From a virus (Duplodnaviria > Heunggongvirae > Uroviricota > Caudoviricetes): a stretch of DNA of 33,016 bases. Both the position numbers and the translations under genes were made by a program. Position 1 is the stretch's first letter, and each line of letters begins with the position of its first letter. Below the pieces are notes generated by a model that was given only the letters and a program-made list of their open reading frames with translations, ran no database searches and was not told the origin of the DNA. Below are positions 25,984-33,016 of this stretch, one piece after another. The DNA is taken from IMG/VR virus record IMGVR_UViG_2513237200_000006; one strand, given 5' to 3'.

Positions 25984-26502
25984 ATGGCAATGCCGCGCAA
26001 ACTCAAGTTAATGAACGTCTTTCTGAACGGCTACAGCTATCAGGGCGTTGCAAAGTCCGTCACGCTGCCAAAACTGACCCGTAAGCTCGAAAACTATCGC
26101 GGTGCGGGGATGAACGGCAGCGCACCGGTAGACCTCGGCCTTGATGACGATGCGCTGTCAATGGAGTGGTCGCTCGGTGGCTTCCCGGATTCGGTTATCT
26201 GGGAGCTTTACGCCGCAACCGGTGTGGATGCTGTGCCGATTCGTTTTGCAGGCTCTTACCAGCGTGACGATACCGGCGAAACGGTGGCCGTCGAAGTGGT
26301 CATGCGTGGACGTCAGAAAGAAATCGACACCGGCGAGGGCAAACAGGGAGAAGACACCGAGTCGAAAATCTCCGTGGTCTGCACCTATTTCCGGCTGACG
26401 ATGGACGGTAAGGAGCTGGTCGAAATCGACACCATCAACATGATTGAGAAGGTGAACGGCGTCGACCGGCTGGAGCAACACCGCCGCAATATCGGCCTGT
26501 GA
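25984..26502 (+). CDS. FII: Tail tube protein FII, 172 aa
   Basis: 172 aa as P2 gpFII. Confidence 0.9.
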   Translation: MAMPRKLKLMNVFLNGYSYQGVAKSVTLPKLTRKLENYRGAGMNGSAPVDLGLDDDALSMEWSLGGFPDSVIWELYAATGVDAVPIRFAGSYQRDDTGETVAVEVVMRGRQKEIDTGEGKQGEDTESKISVVCTYFRLTMDGKELVEIDTINMIEKVNGVDRLEQHRRNIGL

Positions 26503-26558
26503 TTTTCATCCGGTCAGCCTGGCTGACCGGTTAACCCCGATTCAGAAGTGAGAAAACC

Positions 26559-26834
26559 ATGAACAAAGAAAATGTGATTACCCTGGACAATCCGGTCAAG
26601 CGTGGTGAGCAGGTTATCGAACAGGTCACGCTGATGAAACCCAATGCCGGGACGCTGCGCGGTGTCAGTCTGGCTGCGGTCGCAAACTCCGAAGTCGATG
26701 CACTGATTAAGGTGCTGCCGCGCATGACGGCACCGATGCTGACCGAGCAGGAGGTCGCCGCACTGGAACTGCCTGACCTTGTGGCGCTGGCCGGTAAGGT
26801 GGTCGGTTTTTTGTCGCCGAACTCGGTGCAGTGA
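26559..26834 (+). CDS. E: Tail assembly chaperone E, 91 aa
   Basis: 91 aa as P2 gpE. Contains the slippery heptamer near its 3' end. Confidence 0.85.
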   Translation: MNKENVITLDNPVKRGEQVIEQVTLMKPNAGTLRGVSLAAVANSEVDALIKVLPRMTAPMLTEQEVAALELPDLVALAGKVVGFLSPNSVQ

Positions 26835-26986
26835 CGTTCCCGAAAAATCTCTCGGTCGATGACCTGATGGCGGATGTGGCAGTGATATTTCACTGGCCGC
26901 CATCAGAACTGTATCCCATGAGCCTGACCGAACTCATCACATGGCGCGAAAAGGCGCTCCGGCGAAGCGGAAACACGAATGAGTAA
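26559..26986 (+). CDS. E': Tail assembly chaperone E+E' produced by programmed -1 frameshift at T_TTT_TTG (26807-26813), about 142 aa
   Basis: Slippery heptamer in X_XXY_YYZ register in the E frame. The -1 frame is open from the slip site to TAA at 26984-26986, which overlaps the T start codon. Predicted product length equals P2 E+E'. Confidence 0.75.
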
Positions 26987-29426
26987 CAATGTAAAATTAC
27001 AGGTATTGCTCAGGGCTGTTGACCAGGCATCCCGCCCGTTTAAATCCATCCGCACAGCGAGTAAGTCGCTGTCGGGGGATATCCGGGAAACACAAAAATC
27101 ACTGCGCGAGCTGAACGGTCAGGCATCCCGTATTGAGGGGTTTCGCAAGACCAGTGCACAGCTCGCCGTGACTGGTCATGCACTTGAAAAGGCACGGCAG
27201 GAGGCCGAAGCACTTGCCACACAGTTTAAAAACACTGAACGTCCGACCCGTGCTCAGGCGAAAGTGCTGGAATCCGCAAAGCGTGCGGCGGAGGACTTAC
27301 AGGCGAAATATAACCGCCTGACGGATTCCGTTAAACGCCAGCAGCGGGAACTGGCCGCTGTGGGAATTAATACCCGCAATCTTGCACATGATGAGCAGGG
27401 GCTGAAAAACCGTATCAGTGAAACCACCGCACAGCTTAACCGGCAGCGTGACGCGCTGGCGCGTGTCAGTGCACAACAGGCAAAACTTAACGCAGTCAAA
27501 CAGCGTTATCAGGCAGGAAAAGAACTTGCCGGAAATATGGCCTCAGTGGGCGCTGCCGGTGTGGGGATTGCGGCGGCGGGAACGATGGCCGGAGTTAAGC
27601 TGCTGATGCCCGGTTATGAGTTTGCGCAGAAAAACTCAGAATTGCAGGCCGTGCTCGGTGTGGCAAAAGATTCCGCCGAAATGGCCGCGCTCCGCAAACA
27701 GGCGCGCCAGCTCGGCGACAATACTGCCGCCTCGGCGGATGATGCTGCCGGTGCGCAGATTATCATTGCGAAAGCCGGTGGGGATGTTGATGCCATTCAG
27801 GCGGCAACGCCGGTCACGCTGAATATGGCGCTGGCGAACCGCCGCACGATGGAAGAAAACGCCGCCCTGCTGATGGGGATGAAATCCGCCTTTCAGCTTT
27901 CAAACGATAAGGTCGCTCATATCGGGGATGTTCTCTCCATGACGATGAACAAAACCGCCGCCGATTTTGACGGTATGAGCGATGCGCTGACCTATGCCGC
28001 ACCAGTGGCAAAAAATGCCGGTGTCAGCATTGAAGAAACCGCCGCAATGGTCGGGGCGCTGCATGACGCAAAAATTACCGGTTCAATGGCGGGGACGGGA
28101 AGCCGTGCCGTGTTAAGCCGCCTGCAGGCACCGACGGGAAAAGCATGGGATGCACTGAAAGAGCTTGGTGTGAAAACCTCAGACAGCAAGGGAAACACCC
28201 GACCAGTATTTACCATTCTGAAAGAAATGCAGGCCAGTTTTGAGAAAAACCGGCTCGGTACTGCCCAGCAGGCTGAATACATGAAAACCATTTTCGGGGA
28301 GGAGGCCAGCTCAGCCGCCGCTGTGCTGATGACTGCCGCCTCAACCGGAAAGCTGGACAAACTGACCGCTGCGTTTAAAGCCTCAGACGGGAAGACCGCA
28401 GAGCTGGTAAATATCATGCAGGACAACCTCGGCGGTGACTTTAAGGAGTTTCAGTCCGCTTATGAGGCGGTGGGGACTGACCTGTTTGACCAGCAGGAAG
28501 GCGCGCTGCGTAAGCTCACGCAGACGGCCACAAAGTATGTGTTAAAACTCGACGGCTGGATCCAGAAAAACAAATCACTGGCGTCAACCATTGGCCTCAT
28601 TGCCGGTGGCGCGCTGGCACTTACTGGCATCATCGGTGCCATTGGTCTTGTAGCCTGGCCGGTTATCACCGGCATCAATGCCATCATCGCGGCAGCAGGC
28701 GCAATGGGGGCAATCTTCACGACGGTTGGCAGTGCTGTTATAACCGCCATCGGGGCGATTAGCTGGCCGGTTGTGGCCGTGGTGGCCGCCATTGTCGCCG
28801 GGGCGTTGCTTATCCGTAAATACTGGGAGCCTGTCAGCGCATTCTTTGGCGGTGTGGTGGAAGGGCTGAAAGCGGCATTTGCGCCGGTGGGGGAACTGTT
28901 CACGCCACTTAAACCGGTGTTTGACTGGCTGGGTGAAAAGTTACAGGCCGCGTGGCAGTGGTTTAAAAACCTGATTGCCCCGGTCAAAGCCACCCAGGAC
29001 ACCCTGAATCGTTGCCGTGACACGGGCGTCATGTTCGGGCAGGCACTGGCTGACGCGTTGATGCTGCCGCTTAGTGCGTTCAACAAACTGCGCAGTGGTA
29101 TTGACTGGGTACTGGAAAAACTCGGTGTTATCAACAAAGAGTCTGACGCACTTGACCAGACTGCCGCCAGAACTCATGCCGCCACGTATGGCACCGGTGG
29201 TTATATTCCGGCGACCAGCTCTTATGCAGGCTATCAGGCTTATCAGCCGGTTACGGCACCGGCTGGCCGCTCTTATGTGGACCAGAGTAAAAACGAATAT
29301 CACATCAGTCTGACGGGCGGTACTGCGCCGGGGACTCAGCTCGACCGCCAGTTACAGGATGCGCTCGAAAAATACGAGCGGGATAAACGTGCGCGCGCCC
29401 GTGCCAGCATGATGCATGACGGTTAA
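26979..29426 (+). CDS. T: Tail tape measure protein T, 815 aa
   Basis: 815 aa as P2 gpT. Coiled-coil-rich N-terminus and a Gly/Ala-rich hydrophobic segment. Confidence 0.9.
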   Translation: MSNNVKLQVLLRAVDQASRPFKSIRTASKSLSGDIRETQKSLRELNGQASRIEGFRKTSAQLAVTGHALEKARQEAEALATQFKNTERPTRAQAKVLESAKRAAEDLQAKYNRLTDSVKRQQRELAAVGINTRNLAHDEQGLKNRISETTAQLNRQRDALARVSAQQAKLNAVKQRYQAGKELAGNMASVGAAGVGIAAAGTMAGVKLLMPGYEFAQKNSELQAVLGVAKDSAEMAALRKQARQLGDNTAASADDAAGAQIIIAKAGGDVDAIQAATPVTLNMALANRRTMEENAALLMGMKSAFQLSNDKVAHIGDVLSMTMNKTAADFDGMSDALTYAAPVAKNAGVSIEETAAMVGALHDAKITGSMAGTGSRAVLSRLQAPTGKAWDALKELGVKTSDSKGNTRPVFTILKEMQASFEKNRLGTAQQAEYMKTIFGEEASSAAAVLMTAASTGKLDKLTAAFKASDGKTAELVNIMQDNLGGDFKEFQSAYEAVGTDLFDQQEGALRKLTQTATKYVLKLDGWIQKNKSLASTIGLIAGGALALTGIIGAIGLVAWPVITGINAIIAAAGAMGAIFTTVGSAVITAIGAISWPVVAVVAAIVAGALLIRKYWEPVSAFFGGVVEGLKAAFAPVGELFTPLKPVFDWLGEKLQAAWQWFKNLIAPVKATQDTLNRCRDTGVMFGQALADALMLPLSAFNKLRSGIDWVLEKLGVINKESDALDQTAARTHAATYGTGGYIPATSSYAGYQAYQPVTAPAGRSYVDQSKNEYHISLTGGTAPGTQLDRQLQDALEKYERDKRARARASMMHDG

Positions 29427-29440
29427 GGAGGTGACGAAAA

Positions 29441-29920
29441 ATGATGCTCGCGTTAGGTATGTTTGTTTTTATGCGCCAGACGCTGCCACACCAGACCATG
29501 CAGCGTGAATCAGATTATCGCTGGCCGTCAAATTCCCGTATCGGCAAACGGGATGCCTTTCAGTTTCTCGGTGTGGGTGAGGAAAACATTACGCTTGCCG
29601 GTGTGCTTTATCCCGAACTGACCGGCGGAAAGCTGACGATGACCACGCTCAGACTGATGGCAGAGGAAGGCCGGGCGTGGCCGTTGCTGGATGGCACCGG
29701 AATGATTTACGGCATGTATGTCATCAGCAAGGTGAGTGAAACAGGGAGTATTTTCTTTGCAGATGGCACACCCCGAAAAATTGATTTTACGCTGTCGCTC
29801 ACCCGCGTTGATGAATCACTGGCCGCGCTTTATGGCGATATCGGTAAACAGGCGGAATCGCTCATCGGTAAGGCTGGCAGTATGGCGACTAAATTCACGG
29901 GTATGACGGGGGCGGGATAA
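29441..29920 (+). CDS. U: Tail protein U, 159 aa
   Basis: 159 aa as P2 gpU. Confidence 0.88.
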   Translation: MMLALGMFVFMRQTLPHQTMQRESDYRWPSNSRIGKRDAFQFLGVGEENITLAGVLYPELTGGKLTMTTLRLMAEEGRAWPLLDGTGMIYGMYVISKVSETGSIFFADGTPRKIDFTLSLTRVDESLAALYGDIGKQAESLIGKAGSMATKFTGMTGAG

Positions 29921-31083
29921 TGCTGGATGCGCTGACATTTGATGCAGGCAGTACGCTGACGCCGGATTACATGCTGATGCTCGACAGCAGGGATATTACC
30001 GGCAATATCAGCGACCGTCTGATGAGCATGACCCTGACGGATAACCGGGGCTTTGAGGCTGACCAGCTTGATATTGAACTGAACGATGCCGACGGGCAGG
30101 TCGGACTACCGATTCGTGGCGCTGTCCTGACGGTGTATATCGGCTGGAAAGGTTTTGCCCTGGTATGCAAAGGGAAATTTACCGTTGATGAGGTTGAACA
30201 CCGGGGCGCACCGGATGTGGTCACCATCCGCGCCCGGAGTGCAGATTTTCGCGGGACGCTCAATTCCCGCCGTGAAGGCTCATGGCATGACACCACGCTC
30301 GGTGCGATTGTTGAGGCGATAGCCTCCCGTAACAGGCTGGAAGCCAGTGTCGCTCCGTCACTGGCCGGAATTAAAATCCCGCACATCGACCAGTCGCAGG
30401 AGTCTGATGCGAAATTTCTGACCCGTCTTGCAGAACGCAACGGCGGTGAGGTGTCGGTAAAAATGGGAAAACTGCTGTTTCTCAAAGCGGGGCAGGGGGT
30501 GACTGCCAGCGGTAAAAAAATCCCGCAGATTACCCTCACCCGCAGCGACGGTGACCGTCATCATTTTGCGATTGCTGACCGTGGAGCCTATACCGGCGTA
30601 ACGGCAAAGTGGTTACACACCAAAGACCCGAAGCCGCAAAAGCAGAAGGTAAAACTGAAACGCAAAAAGAAAGAGAAACACCTGCGCGCACTGGAGCACC
30701 CGAAAGCGAAACCAGTCACGCAGAAGAAAGCGCCAAAAGTACCGGAAGCGCGTGAAGGTGAATACATGGCCGGTGAGGCTGATAACGTTTTTGCCCTGAC
30801 CACGGTATATGCCACGAAAGCACAGGCCATGCGCGCCGCTCAGGCGAAGTGGGATAAACTGCAACGGGGTGTAGCGGAGTTCTCCATCAGTCTGGCTACT
30901 GGTCGGGCAGATATTTACACGGAAACGCCGGTCAAAGTGTCAGGCTTTAAGCGCGTCATAGACGAGCAGGACTGGACAATCACTAAGGTGACACATTTTC
31001 TGAATAATAGCGGCTTCACGACGTCCTTGGAGCTTGAGGTCAGGCTTTCTGATGTGGAGTACGAAACCGAAGATGATGAGTGA
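29920..31083 (+). CDS. D: Tail protein D, 387 aa
   Basis: 387 aa as P2 gpD. Last structural gene before ogr. Confidence 0.88.
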   Translation: MLDALTFDAGSTLTPDYMLMLDSRDITGNISDRLMSMTLTDNRGFEADQLDIELNDADGQVGLPIRGAVLTVYIGWKGFALVCKGKFTVDEVEHRGAPDVVTIRARSADFRGTLNSRREGSWHDTTLGAIVEAIASRNRLEASVAPSLAGIKIPHIDQSQESDAKFLTRLAERNGGEVSVKMGKLLFLKAGQGVTASGKKIPQITLTRSDGDRHHFAIADRGAYTGVTAKWLHTKDPKPQKQKVKLKRKKKEKHLRALEHPKAKPVTQKKAPKVPEAREGEYMAGEADNVFALTTVYATKAQAMRAAQAKWDKLQRGVAEFSISLATGRADIYTETPVKVSGFKRVIDEQDWTITKVTHFLNNSGFTTSLELEVRLSDVEYETEDDE

Positions 31084-31100
31084 TGTTTTGTTTTATCTGT

Positions 31101-31129
31101 TTGTTTTATAAGGATAAATTAACTAAAAT
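31101..31129 (+). promoter_or_regulatory. Putative sigma70 promoter of ogr (-35 TTGTTT, 17-bp spacer, -10 TAAAAT)
   Basis: Hexamers read directly from the sequence, about 35 bp upstream of the ogr ATG. Not experimentally supported here. Confidence 0.4.
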
Positions 31130-31163
31130 GGCACCATCAACAAAACCGGAAGAGGTGCTCGCG

Positions 31164-31382
31164 ATGTTTCATTGTCCTTTATGCCAGCATGCCGCACATG
31201 CGCGTACAAGTCGCTATATCACTGACACGACAAAAGAGCGTTATCACCAGTGCCAGAACGTGAATTGCAGCGCCACGTTCATCACTTATGAGTCGGTACA
31301 GCGATACATCGTGAAGCCGGGAGAAGTCCACGCCGTAAGACCGCACCCGTTGCCGTCAGGGCAGCAAATTATGTGGATGTAA
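31164..31382 (+). CDS. ogr: Late-gene transcriptional activator Ogr (C4 zinc finger), 72 aa from ATG 31164
   Basis: MFHCPLCQHAAHARTSRYITDTTKERYHQCQNVNCSATF… matches P2 Ogr as recalled (CxxC…CxxxxC zinc finger). GAGGTG RBS. The ORF track's 100-aa form has a spurious N-terminal extension. Confidence 0.9.
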   Translation: MFHCPLCQHAAHARTSRYITDTTKERYHQCQNVNCSATFITYESVQRYIVKPGEVHAVRPHPLPSGQQIMWM

Positions 31383-31393
31383 TTACAAACAGG

Positions 31394-31419
31394 AAGCCCC
31401 TCAGTCGAGGGGCTTTTTT
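31394..31419 (+). terminator. Rho-independent terminator after ogr (GCCCCTC-AGTC-GAGGGGC + T6)
   Basis: Perfect 7-bp GC-rich stem with a 4-nt loop followed by TTTTTT. Confidence 0.8.
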
Positions 31420-31482
31420 GTCGATGTGGTCAATGTGTGGACGTGACCAGAAATAAATCCTTTTATTTCATTGTATTACGCG

Positions 31483-31510
31483 TAAAAAATAAGCCCGTGT
31501 AAGGGAGATT
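31483..31510. repeat. attR: attR core: 28-bp direct repeat identical to 476-503; doubles as the cyaR 3' end
   Basis: Exact repeat. Overlaps the 3' terminator portion of cyaR. Confidence 0.85.
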
Positions 31511-31570
31511 ACACAGGCTAAGGAGGTGGTTCCTGGTACAGCTAGCATTTTATGGGTTATGTTTTTCAGC
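31484..31570 (-). ncRNA. cyaR: Hfq-dependent sRNA CyaR (RyeE)
   Basis: The reverse complement reads GCTGAAAAACATAACCCATAAAATGCTAGCTGTACCAGGAACCACCTCCTTAGCCTGTGTAATCTCCCTTACACGGGCTTATTTTTT, matching CyaR as I recall it, including the CCACCTCCTTA seed and the terminator. Located next to yegQ as in E. coli. Confidence 0.85.
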
Positions 31571-31625
31571 GAAACGGATGATAACCTTAATAAATACAGC
31601 TGTATGTGATCGGTTTCTAAGAATT
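31571..31625 (-). promoter_or_regulatory. cyaR promoter with a probable class II CRP site (TTAGA-N6-TCACA on the minus strand, centred about -42) and -10 TATCAT
   Basis: Read from the sequence upstream of the cyaR 5' end. CRP dependence of cyaR is established knowledge. Exact site boundaries are approximate. Confidence 0.45.
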
Positions 31626-31654
31626 TTCCATCCGGGAAAAATAATCGAAATTAA

Positions 31655-33016
31655 TCACTTACCGTGGGGATTACGCGTGGTTTCCCCGGAGAAATTACGC
31701 ATCAGCAGCGCGTAATTGAGCTCAAGATCCTGCGGGACCGGGAGCCACACAGTATAACCATCGCCTGGTGCTATCGGCATAGCTTCGCCTTTGGCGTTTT
31801 CCATGTGCTCAAGGGTAAAATTAATGTTGCCTTGCGGCGTCATCAGCTCAAGGCTGTCGCCAACGGAGAATTTATTTTTCACCGCTACCGCCGCGAGGTC
31901 CCCCTTGCGCTCACCGGTAAACTCACCAACAAACTGCTGGCGGTCAGAAACTGAATAACCGTATTCGTAGTTCTGATAATCGTCGTGAGTATGACGACGC
32001 AGGAAACCTTCGGTATAGCCACGATGCGCCAGACCTTCCAGAGTTTCCAGCAGGCTGGTATCGAACGGTTTTCCCGCAGCGGCGTCATCGATAGCTTTGC
32101 GGTAAACCTGTGCGGTGCGTGCACAATAGTAGAAAGATTTGGTACGACCTTCGATTTTCAGCGAATGCACGCCCATTTTGGTCAGGCGTTCTACATGGGC
32201 GATGGCGCGCAGATCTTTCGAGTTCATGATGTAAGTGCCGTGCTCATCTTCAAACGCGGTCATATACTCGCCCGGACGCTGGGCCTCTTCGATCATAAAC
32301 ACTTTGTCGGTTGGTGCGCCGATACCCAGCGTCGGCTCAACATTTTGCACCGGAATCGGCTCGTACTTGTGTACGATGTTGCCAACATCATCTTCTTTCC
32401 CTTCCTGGACGTTGTACTCCCAGCGGCAGGCGTTGGTGCAGGTGCCCTGGTTCGGGTCGCGCTTGTTGATATAGCCAGAGAGCAGGCAGCGACCGGAGTA
32501 GGCCATGCACAGCGCGCCGTGAACGAAGATCTCGATCTCCATATCCGGCACCTGATTGCGGATCTCTTCAATCTCTTCCAGCGACAGCTCGCGAGAGAGG
32601 ATCACGCGGGTCAGGCCCATTTGCTGCCAGAATTTCACCGTCGCCCAGTTCACGGCGTTAGCCTGCACCGAAAGGTGGATCGGCATTTCAGGGAAGTGCT
32701 CACGCACCAGCATAATCAGCCCTGGATCGGACATAATCAGCGCATCCGGCCCCATTTCCACCACCGGTTTCAGGTCACGGATAAAGGTTTTCAGCTTGGC
32801 GTTGTGCGGTGCAATGTTGACCACGACATAAAACTTTTTCCCCAGCGCGTGGGCTTCATTGATGCCGAGCTGAAGATTTTCGTGGTTGAATTCGTTGTTG
32901 CGCACACGCAGGGAATAACGCGGCTGGCCCGCATAAACAGCATCTGCGCCATAAGCGAAAGCGTAACGCATATTTTTCAGCGTTCCCGCCGGGGAAAGGA
33001 GTTCCGGTTTAAACAT
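31655..33016 (-). CDS. yegQ: Host U32-family peptidase-like protein YegQ (tRNA hydroxylation-associated), 453 aa; start codon at the window edge
   Basis: Full 453-aa ORF ending exactly at the window boundary. Cys-rich motifs (…CMAYSGRCLLSGY…GTCTNACRW…) typical of the U32 family. Synteny with cyaR. Confidence 0.75.
   Translation of the reverse strand: MFKPELLSPAGTLKNMRYAFAYGADAVYAGQPRYSLRVRNNEFNHENLQLGINEAHALGKKFYVVVNIAPHNAKLKTFIRDLKPVVEMGPDALIMSDPGLIMLVREHFPEMPIHLSVQANAVNWATVKFWQQMGLTRVILSRELSLEEIEEIRNQVPDMEIEIFVHGALCMAYSGRCLLSGYINKRDPNQGTCTNACRWEYNVQEGKEDDVGNIVHKYEPIPVQNVEPTLGIGAPTDKVFMIEEAQRPGEYMTAFEDEHGTYIMNSKDLRAIAHVERLTKMGVHSLKIEGRTKSFYYCARTAQVYRKAIDDAAAGKPFDTSLLETLEGLAHRGYTEGFLRRHTHDDYQNYEYGYSVSDRQQFVGEFTGERKGDLAAVAVKNKFSVGDSLELMTPQGNINFTLEHMENAKGEAMPIAPGDGYTVWLPVPQDLELNYALLMRNFSGETTRNPHGK

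Larger units (their letters stand above)
476..31510. mobile_element. Intact-looking P2-like (Peduovirus-type) temperate prophage, about 31 kb, integrated in the 3' end of cyaR
   Basis: 28-bp direct repeat at both ends. Essentially complete P2 gene set in canonical order, with protein lengths matching P2 (Int 337, B 166, N 357, M 247, Y 93, K 165, LysA/LysB 141, R 155, S 150, V 211, W 115, J 302, FI 396, FII 172, E 91, T 815, U 159, D 387, Ogr 72). Confidence 0.92.

Noticed and set aside
27040-30864. Antisense or alternate-frame ORFs inside T, U and D (for example 28460-29137, 29967-30539, 30588-30864)
   Set aside because: Overlap high-confidence tail genes, with no RBS or synteny support.
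31080-31382. 100-aa version of Ogr and the 123-aa version of C (1712-2083)
   Set aside because: The N-terminal extensions lack RBSs and exceed the conserved lengths (72 and 99 aa). Internal ATGs with good RBSs were chosen instead.
476-31510. tRNA gene at the attachment site
   Set aside because: No cloverleaf-compatible sequence was found. The att core is the 3' end of the sRNA cyaR, not a tRNA.
1-33016. CRISPR arrays or IS elements
   Set aside because: No regularly spaced short direct repeats and no transposase-like ORFs or terminal inverted repeats were seen apart from the att and gix repeats described.

Overview
The window is an Escherichia/Enterobacteriaceae chromosomal segment (yegR ... 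cyaR-yegQ) carrying an apparently intact, roughly 31 kb P2-like (Peduovirus-type) prophage. The prophage is integrated into the 3' end of the sRNA gene cyaR and is bounded by a 28-bp direct repeat (476-503 and 31483-31510) that contains the 27-bp att core I recall for P2. Gene order from attL is int-C / cox-orf78-B-orf80-83-A / variable region with cos (7333-7351) / Q-P / O-N-M-L-X / Y-K-lysA-lysB(lysC) / R-S-V-W-J-I-H-tail-fiber module / FI-FII-E(E')-T-U-D / ogr / attR. Protein lengths match P2 almost one for one. Three things depart from canonical P2. (1) In place of old/tin, the variable region carries an AT-rich two-gene operon (7603-9601): a 477-aa ABC/OLD-type ATPase translationally coupled to a 190-aa protein with a possible nuclease motif. 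This is the strongest candidate for a new accessory system, most plausibly anti-phage defence, and I could not assign it to a named system from sequence alone. (2) At the Z/fun position there is a Gin/Pin-type DNA invertase with a roughly 1.8 kb invertible tail-fibre segment flanked by a perfect 15-bp inverted repeat. (3) About 157 bp left of attL resembles the phage's own ogr-side att arm, suggesting a scar of an earlier P2-like integration. All calls are from reading the sequence and the ORF track; no database searches were run.
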